This document shows, piece after piece, positions 1 through 7,821 of a DNA stretch of 64,000 bases; the first letter of the stretch is position 1; every line of letters begins with the position of its first letter. Source of the stretch: Verrucomicrobiota bacterium (GTDB lineage: Bacteria > Verrucomicrobiota > Verrucomicrobiia > Verrucomicrobiales > DEV007); NCBI GenBank assembly GCA_963205275.1, contig CAUJIH010000068.1:3466-67465 (forward strand), written 5' to 3'. Position numbers and translations under genes: made by a program. The notes below the pieces were generated by a model. That model was given only the letters and a program-made list of their open reading frames with translations. It searched no databases and was not told the DNA's origin.

Positions 1-74
1 CAAGTATTTTCCAATCGAAAAATCCGCTTGCAACAGATCAACGCGATTCGAGGACAATTCGTGTTCACTCTCGA

Positions 75-2171
75 TTAGCGAGTCACTTCGAAAAGATTGC
101 TATAGTCGTCTGTCCAAAGGATGGAACGAGGCGTTTCCGTGTCCCAGGGTGTGATACGCTCAGACATGTGCAAGGCCTGAACAAAGGGATCGCTCTCGTC
201 ACCTGGGGCGATGAGGACCCAGTCAGAATTGTAGGCGTAGTATTCCTCATCGTCGGGCGAGTGGTACACGCGAAAAGCGAAGCGTCCGAAGTCATCTGCC
301 AGATTGCGCACAGGATCGGCGAGGTCGAGATGCAGATTGGAAATATGGATCGCTAGCACACCGTCAGGTTTGAGATGCTGGAAGTAGAGCGCAAAGGCTT
401 CGCGAGTGAGCAGATGCACAGGAATTGAATCTCCGCTGAATGCATCGACGAAAAGTACATCGAACTGCTGAGAGCCTTCGGTCGCGAGTTCTTGCTCCAG
501 CGTGATCCGAGCATCACCGAGGACGATTTTTTCCTCACCAGCACAGTCGGACAGGTAGGTGAAATACTTTCGGGCCAGATCCTCGACTTGCGAATTGATC
601 TCATAGAACCGGAAGCGATCACCCGGCTCGGCATAGGCGGCGATGGTGCCCACCCCCAAGCCGATCACGCCGACGTGGATCGACCTCCGAGGAGACGCAG
701 TCCGCGCCGGGAGACACTCGAATACCGTACCCACTCCACTTTCCTCGCTGTAATAAGTGGTCGCCAATCCAGGATCCTCTGGATACTGGCGTCCATGACT
801 AATCCGACCATTCAGGAGAGCGACTTGTTCCCACTCGCCCTCGCCACTGCGATTGACTGTCAGGACTCCGTAAAAGCCTCGACGAATGTCCACCACCTTG
901 CCGAGGGTGTCTCGTCGATGCATATCGAGAAAATAAATCATGGCGAACAGGACGCCCGCCCACACAAGTCCGCCGCTGAGCACTGGGAGTCGGCGGCGGG
1001 TTCGACGTAAATCCTTCCATAAGCGAAGACTGACTAAAAACGCGAGCAGTTCGAAAGCGACATGCAATTCCCAATAACCTCGGAAGATCATAGGGGCGAT
1101 GAGGCTGACGAAGATGCCTCCGATGGCCCCGCCTAGGGAAATACAAAGATAAAATCCCGTCAAATAACGAGGCACCGGCTTCATCCGAACAATTTCACCG
1201 TGGCAGACCAAGCAGCAGAAAAACACCGCAGCACAGTAAACGCTGATCTGTCGAGCGAGCGGCCACTCGCTCCCCGCGAACTGCCGATTCATCAGCCAGA
1301 TCGTGAGGCCGACGGCGATCACGGCGCAGGGAATCACCACAGAACGCAGATACCAGCGCTCGTGATCGAAGGCGATGATAAAGGTCATCAGATAGAGCGC
1401 CAGCGGCAGCACCCAGAGAAAGGGGATGACGGCCACATCCTGAGACATCTGACTGGTGAGGGAGAGGAGCAGCATGGAGCCACAGGCGGAAAAGAGGATC
1501 CAGAGCAGTACGCTGCCAGAACGCGGGCGAGCGAGAGGCGCTTCAGCATCTGTCCTGACCCTTTCTGGGCTGCGATCTCTCGCGCGGCGCAGAAAAATCC
1601 CTGCGACTCCGAGCGCTAGAAACACATACCCAGCGAATGCAAAAGACCAACCTGTCGCCTGCTGATGGAGTTTCAGAAGTGGCTCGAAGAGAAAAGGATA
1701 GGTCAGAAGGCCTAGCAGACTCCCTAGATTCGATACAGCGTAGAGGCGGTAGGGAGAGTGCTCCGGTCGCGCCTCGGCGAACCAATGTTGCAGCAGCGGC
1801 CCGGATGCGGAGAGCATTACATAGGGCAGCCCGACAGATCGCGTGAGCAGCCAGAGGATGCCTATGATCGGATGAGCCGCCGCACTGGTCGGTTTCCAAG
1901 CAGCCTCAGGAGTGATGGGCAGAAGGAGGAGCGACAGCAAGAGGAGTGCCGCATGGATTCCCACTTGCCAGCCCCGGCGCTCGCGCAGGAAAGTGACCAG
2001 AGCATGTGCATACGCATAGCCGATCAGCAGACCGCTCTGAAAGAAAAGCAGGCAGATCGTCCACACCCCCGGACTCCCGCCATACCACGGGAGGATATGA
2101 CGAGCGATTACTGGCTGAATCTGGAAGAGAAGGAACGCACTAAGAAAGATCGCAAAGAGAAAGGGAGCCAT
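75..2171 (-). CDS. fused polytopic membrane domain / spermidine synthase-like protein
   Basis: 698-aa ORF. The N-terminal ~450 aa are strongly hydrophobic and multi-TM. The C-terminal VIGLGVGTIAAY...FDVLFVDAFSGDSIPVHLLT...DGVLAIH matches the spermidine-synthase/class I SAM-fold pattern. Confidence 0.75.
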   Translation of the reverse strand: MAPFLFAIFLSAFLLFQIQPVIARHILPWYGGSPGVWTICLLFFQSGLLIGYAYAHALVTFLRERRGWQVGIHAALLLLSLLLLPITPEAAWKPTSAAAHPIIGILWLLTRSVGLPYVMLSASGPLLQHWFAEARPEHSPYRLYAVSNLGSLLGLLTYPFLFEPLLKLHQQATGWSFAFAGYVFLALGVAGIFLRRARDRSPERVRTDAEAPLARPRSGSVLLWILFSACGSMLLLSLTSQMSQDVAVIPFLWVLPLALYLMTFIIAFDHERWYLRSVVIPCAVIAVGLTIWLMNRQFAGSEWPLARQISVYCAAVFFCCLVCHGEIVRMKPVPRYLTGFYLCISLGGAIGGIFVSLIAPMIFRGYWELHVAFELLAFLVSLRLWKDLRRTRRRLPVLSGGLVWAGVLFAMIYFLDMHRRDTLGKVVDIRRGFYGVLTVNRSGEGEWEQVALLNGRISHGRQYPEDPGLATTYYSEESGVGTVFECLPARTASPRRSIHVGVIGLGVGTIAAYAEPGDRFRFYEINSQVEDLARKYFTYLSDCAGEEKIVLGDARITLEQELATEGSQQFDVLFVDAFSGDSIPVHLLTREAFALYFQHLKPDGVLAIHISNLHLDLADPVRNLADDFGRFAFRVYHSPDDEEYYAYNSDWVLIAPGDESDPFVQALHMSERITPWDTETPRSILWTDDYSNLFEVTR

Positions 2172-2262
2172 GCCGACAGGTACGGAGAGGATTTTGTCCG
2201 AAATCTTCAGAAAAGTCGCGCAAAACCTTCACTGTCCCGGCGAATCGATCCTACACCAGACC

Positions 2263-2637
2263 TCACCGTTCTGTAGAAAAGCGAAATTCCGTCGTCTGGC
2301 GATAAGTCTGTCCCGGCCTGAGTAGGCTGGACGGAAATTCTGGATGATTCGGCGTATCAGGATAGAACTGCGTCTCGAAGCAAGCGCCACCCCAGCGGGG
2401 AAAGGGATCACCTTTCAGAAAGTTCCCACTGTAGATCTGCACTCCCGGCAAAGTCGTCGCCACTTCGAGCACCCGACCCGATTCTGGATCACTCAGACGG
2501 GCAAAGGACTTCGGTAGTCGAGACTCTTTCGAAATGAGGAAGCAATGGTCATATCCACCGACGGGCGCTGATTCAAGCAGCGTGATGGGCGCACTTTGCA
2601 CGTCCATCAAGCCACGGAAGCCGAGCCTGAACTGCAA
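2263..2637 (-). pseudogene. galM: aldose 1-epimerase (GalM family), C-terminal fragment only (5'-truncated)
   Basis: GGYDHCFLI...LEVATTLPGVQIYSGNFL...GGACFETQFYPDTPNHPEF...LRPGQTY is the C-terminal third of mutarotases, which are normally ~300-380 aa. The listed start codon is TTG. The frame stays open upstream only to a TAA at 2764-2766, inside an AT-rich junction, so there is no room for the N-terminal ~200 aa. Confidence 0.65.
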
Positions 2638-3008
2638 GCAATCTACGATAAACTCCGACTTCCCTCTCTCCCCGGCGGAGTGAAAAAGATGAAGATTTAG
2701 CGAAAAGTAAGCGAAAGTAGTGCCAGAAGGAAATTTTCTGAGTCGTAATATACTGATTAATACTTATTTACATTTTTATCTGTTAAAGATGGGCTAGAAC
2801 GTCCAGCCGGAGGGTGTTGCAGAAGCAGTGACCAGCCCGCCTTCACCATTCGGATTTGGTCGGGTTAGAGGGGGCGTGGACGGAGATGGTTTTCCGCACG
2901 CTCAGCGCGTGGACCCGAGCTAAGGCATCCTCCCCCTATTCGTGTCGTCGCCTCCTCACGCCATTCGAAATACCTTCCTGGGCTAATGCCAGCCGGGCTT
3001 TACTCTGC

Positions 3009-3060
3009 CGACGAGGACGTCGACGGTCCCATGAATGGCTTCCACAGACAGGATTGTCTG
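3009..3060 (-). terminator. two short hairpins downstream of the wHTH gene (possible terminator or REP-like element)
   Basis: cgacg-agga-cgtcg at 3009-3022 and cagaca-ggat-tgtctg at 3045-3060, lying 11-62 nt past the TAG stop at 3071-3073. There is no U-tract, so support is weak. Confidence 0.25.
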
Positions 3061-3070
3061 CGCTACTCCG

Positions 3071-3652
3071 CTACCTGTTCTTCAACCACTCGCGACCTTT
3101 TTCAGAGATCAGCCAGATCCCGTGCTTGCTCTTTTCCATGAAACCCCAGTCGTTCACTAGGGTATTTCGTGCCCATTGAACCGAATTGCGCCAGCGGATG
3201 CTCTTGGAATCGGATTTGTGCGCTTCGTAATCCACCGGTTTGAGAAGCTTTTTCATTTTTTCACCCACCAGATCGATTACTTCTTTTGTCTTTCCACTCC
3301 CGCCAAGCTCCACCAATGCCTCCAGTAGGTAGGGAATGTAATCGTCTTGCGGGGTGATCTCACCCTTCTTGCGCTTGCCGAAAAACCGCTTGGTGACAAT
3401 CTGCTGCACCTCCGGGGTGGCGACATCACGCAGGTCTTCGATCTGCTCCCATTTGCCCATCAGCTCATTGACGCTGTCCTCGAAGTCTTGCAGGCGCTCG
3501 GCAAAATCGATCACCGCACGCGCCACATCAAAATCGCCATTCGTCATCGCTTTGGCACCGTCACTCTTGATGCGATCCCCTTCCTCAGCCACCGAGGCCT
3601 TGAGGAGTTCGAGAGAGGCGGAAATATCGTCGGGGAGTGTGGGAGTGGACAT
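3071..3652 (-). CDS. stand-alone Mrr_N-type winged-helix protein with N-terminal coiled-coil region
   Basis: 193 aa. The C-terminal YIPYLLEALVELGGSGKTKEVIDLV...SIRWRNSVQWARNTLVNDWGFMEKSKHGIWLISEKGREWL follows the pattern of the Mrr restriction-protein N-terminal wHTH (FIxPxLxxL...YKNRxxWAxxxLxxAGL...RGxWxLTxxG). The N-terminal ~90 aa are acidic and helical. It lies 106 bp downstream of the methyltransferase on the same strand. Confidence 0.6.
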   Translation of the reverse strand: MSTPTLPDDISASLELLKASVAEEGDRIKSDGAKAMTNGDFDVARAVIDFAERLQDFEDSVNELMGKWEQIEDLRDVATPEVQQIVTKRFFGKRKKGEITPQDDYIPYLLEALVELGGSGKTKEVIDLVGEKMKKLLKPVDYEAHKSDSKSIRWRNSVQWARNTLVNDWGFMEKSKHGIWLISEKGREWLKNR

Positions 3653-3758
3653 AGGAGAAAGAGATAGCCGGACGAGCAGGAAAAGGCAATGATGACTAGT
3701 CAGTCTAAGTCAGGCTGTGATATTTTTACGGTCCTCAGATTGATCGGATCGCATGACC

Positions 3759-6700
3759 TTACACAAATTCCCCGAGCCTGACGAGCTCGCGGTAGGCGTT
3801 TAGGGTTTGGGATTTGGTGGCGGTGTCGACTAGGGGGAAGGTGGTGAGGATGTGCTGGAATTCGGGGACGGTGAGATCGTAGAGGCGGGCGACGAGGGCG
3901 TCGATTTGGGCGCGGAGGGTGAGGCGCTCCTGAGGATCGGTAATGCCGTGCGTCTGGTGAGTGGCGGATGCGCCGAAGACCTCGGCCAGCAAGGCGTCGA
4001 AGTCCGCCGCCGTGCCGATGAGACGGGCGGCGCGCTCGATGAGGGGTCGGAAGGCGGTGTCGGTCGCCGTCAGGCGCGGGATGGGAAGCTGGTTCATGTA
4101 GAAGTAGTTCAAAGTAGTGGTCACTTTTTGACGAATTACCCAATCTATAACAAAACTATTGAGTAACGCGCAAAGAACGAGTTGCTCCTGGAGTCCTATC
4201 AAACAAGAACCACGCTCATAGGTCTTAACGGTCGGAATTTTGTTTCCATGAAACGTGGGTGGAATGATAGTGCTTATTAGTGTTCGAGTATCTGTATTAC
4301 GAGCAATATCACGAAAACCTAAGCGATAATCTTGATAATCTAGTTTTTGGCCAAGATCTCCAGTTCTACCGATAAGGCGAGCACGTCCCTCTTCCTCTTC
4401 AACCCAATATCGTGGTTCGGCGTAGCCGTGGCGGAATTGCCAGATCATCTTGCCCTCGTAGAGAGGGAGTCGCCCCGTGCCCGGAGTGGTGTGGAAAAGG
4501 TTGCTGTCATTCGTCATGTGAAATTCAGCCGTAAACCCGATGTTCCAAGCATCCGGCACGGTTTCACCGAGGAGAGGATGGCGGAGCAGCTTTTCTGCAA
4601 TGGCGAGGTCTTCCGAGCTGTTGAACTCCATCATGGAGCCGGAGCCGGGGGAAAGGCGACGGATGAGCCTAGGCGAGAGAGTGAGTGATTCCGGGTTAGG
4701 GAACGTAGCCAAGTCTCTGACATCCTGTCGCATAAAGGCCACAGGGAAGCTCTCCGTCGTCCCCGCAGTCTCGAAGGTGAGGACGACGAATTTGAAGCGA
4801 GAGTCCACGCCTTCGAAAATCTTGCGTCGATTTTCAAAACCGAAGAGGCCTTCGATTTTGGTTTTTTCGTAGAGCATATTGCGCAGTTGGGTCGCGCCGA
4901 GGTCGGTGTAGATGCCGGAGGGAATGACAATGCCGCAGCGTGCCCCCTCGGCCAGCAGGTGGGTGCATTGTTCGAGAAAGAGTTTGTAGAGATTGATGTC
5001 AGATCCCACCTTGCGTCCATTCACTTGCCCGATCTGATTCTCATATTGAGGGGAGCTGCGGAAGTAGGCGCTTTGGTAGGGAAAGGAGGAGAGATATTCC
5101 AGCCATGCTTGGCGGATTTCGGGATCATCGACGAGGAGCGATTTTTTCTCCTTCTCAAAGTCCTCAATGGGCATTTTCTTCTTAGTGACCTGGCCGCTGT
5201 AGTGCTCAAAGAACTCCTTGGCGTTGGGTTTGAGGATGTCCCAAGGCGGATTGGTGATGATGAGATCGAAGCCACCGCGATTTTCCATCACTTCATCGAA
5301 CTCATAAGCCCAGTGAAAGGGAGTGAGCGCTCGGATGTCCTCGATTCTCAGGCCACGCTTGTGGCACTTACCCTCTTTCTTCTTCGACTCATCCCAAGTG
5401 GCCTGCTCAAACTGGACGCCTAGGGCATGAAACTCATCGAGCAAGAGCTTGTCGAGAATCTTGCGTGCATCGGCTTTTAGCTCCTCAATGCTGCTCTTGA
5501 GTCCGGCGAGGTCTTGGAAGAGCGAGGTGGATTTTTTGTAGTTGTCGATGAGTTGGTTTTTCCGACGCAACAGTTCCTTGTACTGGACCACTTGTTGGCC
5601 GGCTACGAAGGCGGCGGCTTTTTCCTTATGCGTTATTGCGGAAGAAAGCTCGGTTTCAAAGCCGAGGGCTTCCTGAGTTCTCAGACCGAGCGAGGGCTGG
5701 GCCGCGATTCCCTTGTCACCGGTACGACGCGGTGCCTTGGCATCGAAGCGGGCGGCATCGACCCGGAGCAGGCCGATGAGTGAGTTACCGGCGAGGAGGT
5801 TGAACTCGATATTGGGCAGGGGTTCGAGCTGGTTTCGCTCCTCGGCGGATGCGACCAGTGAGAGAAAGAGGCGGAGTTTCGCGATCTCCCCGGCCTCCTC
5901 CATGATGTCCACACCGTAGAGGTTTTCGGTGACGATTTTCTTTTTCAACCAGTAGGCAATCGGTGCCTTGTGCTGTTTTTGCTCATATTCAATCCACTGC
6001 AGGATGGGTCTGTAGTTGAGTGCTTGGCAACGGCCGATGAGAGCGGTGTAGAGATTGAGCAGGGTCTTTTGGGCAGCCACGAGAAAGGCTCCCGAGCCAC
6101 AGGCGGGATCGAGGATGGAGAGAGAAGGGAGGATGTTCTGGAGGAGCGTGGCGGCGGTGGGGCCGTCCACATGGAGGAGCAGGTCTTCGAGGTCGTGGTA
6201 GTAACGCGGTTCGGGGAAGGATTTGGGTTCGCTTTTGTGGAGTTTTTGCTTGGCGGGATAGGCCGCGTTGACACGATCGAGCACCAAGGGGTGTACGGTG
6301 CGCTCGCAGAGGTAATCAGTGACTTCCGGACGAGTGTAGTAGGCACCGAATTCTTTTTGGTTGATGTATTTTTCGAAGATATAGCCGAGCACATCCGGAT
6401 TGATTTCGCGGTCATCACCACCGGGGGTGTCGTTCAGTGACCACGAGTAGCGGTCAAAGAGGGCAAAGAGACTGTCGAAGGCGGCATCGGGGATATGGAT
6501 TCTCCGATAGGCGTGACTATGCAGAGAGTCGCCCTCGATGCGGACTTCAATGCCATGCGGTAGGAAGAGGCCGCCGTTGAGGTACGGGATATCGCCCAGT
6601 GGGATGCTGCCGATGGGGCTGCGTCTTTCCTCGGGCTTAGCGAAGCCCTCGAAGAAGAGATCGCGGAGAAAATGGGAGTAGAAGCGATCCTCTCCCTGCT

Positions 6701-7463
6701 CCCGTGAGGCAGCGAGCTTGTCGACGAGGTAGTGGAGGTTTCCGGTTTTGGCCTTTCTCACGTCGATAAAACCTTTTTTCTGGAGAAACCAGATGAACAT
6801 GAGCCGATTGAGGAGCACGGAGGCATACCAGCGGCGCTCGTCGGGATCGAAAACGCCGCCTATGGAATCGAGCAAGTGCTGATGTTCGAGCTGGAAGTCG
6901 TCGAAAAAGGTCTTGGTGACGACCTCGATATCGAGCCCAGTGCGCACCCGCTCGGCGGCCTCGGTGATGGGGAGATTGCCGTCTTCATCCAGCTCGGAGA
7001 GATCGATGACAAGGGCGGAGAGCTTGGATAGGAAGAGATCGCCCGGCTGGCCTTTGAGGTAATGGTGGCGGCGGGGGCGGTTTTTGGTACTACGATGCGG
7101 GTGAGCGGGATCGGTCTCGCGCTTCATCCACAGCCACAGGGAGCGGCTGCGCTGCTCGGGCACTTGGGCATCGAGAAAAATAAGGATATTCTCGGCGGAG
7201 TGAGGAGTCATTTGCCGCCACAGTGCCTGCTGAGTAGAGGAGCTGGGAAATGGGGTATCGGGATCGTCTGGCGTAATTTCAAACACTCGGTACCCTGCAA
7301 GCTGGGAGATTTCCTGTGCCTGCCAACTGCTTGCTTCGTGGGTGAGGTGAATCGGTTTCTCGGAATCGGGATAGTTCCAGCCGAGGTCCTCGATGAAGAG
7401 ATCGGCAAACTGAAAGGCTTGGAGATGGCGGCGAGCGGAGCGCGGGTTGAGCTTTGCTGTCAT
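3759..7463 (-). CDS. large gamma-class N6-adenine DNA methyltransferase, Eco57I/MmeI/PglX-like (MTase core + C-terminal putative target-recognition region)
   Basis: 1234 aa. Motifs: FGAYYTRPEV (aa 372-381); motif I LDPACGSGAFL (aa 451-461, nt 6081-6113); NLLAGNSLIG (aa 555-564); a helical insert; motif IV NPPW (aa 738-741, nt 5241-5252). About 490 further residues follow, containing RDIARNTDTRTLI and LLNSFVIDW, which are typical of type IIG/IIL-family C-terminal regions. Confidence 0.85.
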   Translation of the reverse strand: MTAKLNPRSARRHLQAFQFADLFIEDLGWNYPDSEKPIHLTHEASSWQAQEISQLAGYRVFEITPDDPDTPFPSSSTQQALWRQMTPHSAENILIFLDAQVPEQRSRSLWLWMKRETDPAHPHRSTKNRPRRHHYLKGQPGDLFLSKLSALVIDLSELDEDGNLPITEAAERVRTGLDIEVVTKTFFDDFQLEHQHLLDSIGGVFDPDERRWYASVLLNRLMFIWFLQKKGFIDVRKAKTGNLHYLVDKLAASREQGEDRFYSHFLRDLFFEGFAKPEERRSPIGSIPLGDIPYLNGGLFLPHGIEVRIEGDSLHSHAYRRIHIPDAAFDSLFALFDRYSWSLNDTPGGDDREINPDVLGYIFEKYINQKEFGAYYTRPEVTDYLCERTVHPLVLDRVNAAYPAKQKLHKSEPKSFPEPRYYHDLEDLLLHVDGPTAATLLQNILPSLSILDPACGSGAFLVAAQKTLLNLYTALIGRCQALNYRPILQWIEYEQKQHKAPIAYWLKKKIVTENLYGVDIMEEAGEIAKLRLFLSLVASAEERNQLEPLPNIEFNLLAGNSLIGLLRVDAARFDAKAPRRTGDKGIAAQPSLGLRTQEALGFETELSSAITHKEKAAAFVAGQQVVQYKELLRRKNQLIDNYKKSTSLFQDLAGLKSSIEELKADARKILDKLLLDEFHALGVQFEQATWDESKKKEGKCHKRGLRIEDIRALTPFHWAYEFDEVMENRGGFDLIITNPPWDILKPNAKEFFEHYSGQVTKKKMPIEDFEKEKKSLLVDDPEIRQAWLEYLSSFPYQSAYFRSSPQYENQIGQVNGRKVGSDINLYKLFLEQCTHLLAEGARCGIVIPSGIYTDLGATQLRNMLYEKTKIEGLFGFENRRKIFEGVDSRFKFVVLTFETAGTTESFPVAFMRQDVRDLATFPNPESLTLSPRLIRRLSPGSGSMMEFNSSEDLAIAEKLLRHPLLGETVPDAWNIGFTAEFHMTNDSNLFHTTPGTGRLPLYEGKMIWQFRHGYAEPRYWVEEEEGRARLIGRTGDLGQKLDYQDYRLGFRDIARNTDTRTLISTIIPPTFHGNKIPTVKTYERGSCLIGLQEQLVLCALLNSFVIDWVIRQKVTTTLNYFYMNQLPIPRLTATDTAFRPLIERAARLIGTAADFDALLAEVFGASATHQTHGITDPQERLTLRAQIDALVARLYDLTVPEFQHILTTFPLVDTATKSQTLNAYRELVRLGEFV

Positions 7464-7630
7464 GGGAAAGGTGGGCGGGGAAGTCTGCTAACTCTATGCG
7501 ATGAAGCGCGAGTGCTGGTTCGGTCAGGATTATGAGGGATGGCTATTTTCGTCGATGATCTAGGAAACGCCGGAGAGTTTGAGATTTTCATCCACAGATT
7601 TCGCGGATGAACCTAGATTTCTTGATTCTG

Positions 7631-7659
7631 ATCTGCGGAAATCTACGAAATCTGCGGAT
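7631..7659. repeat. short tandem repeat (3 units of 9-10 bp) in the helicase-MTase spacer
   Basis: atctgcggaa / atctacgaa / atctgcggat read directly at 7631-7659. A related agatttcgcgga lies at 7596-7607. Confidence 0.5.
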
Positions 7660-7821
7660 AGCTAATAAAATAATAAGATTAGTCCGTTCCTTACAGTTTT
7701 TACAACCCTTCTTGCCCCAACGGGGCAAAATACGCTGACTCAGCCAAGGCCTTGAGATCAAGCAAGACACGCACCGTGAAGCCGCCATGTTTGTTTGTAT
7801 GCCGACGAGACATCCGCGCTC

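Noticed and set aside
3700-4143. 147-aa minus-strand ORF rich in Pro/Arg/His overlapping the 3' end of the methyltransferase gene. Many similar 60-190-aa ORFs lie antisense or out of frame inside large genes, e.g. 40806-41465, 10558-11142, 31855-32532 and 56028-56810.
   Set aside because: They are low-complexity or have no recognisable motifs. They are fully embedded in long ORFs with strong family signatures. This is typical shadow-frame noise of GC-rich DNA.
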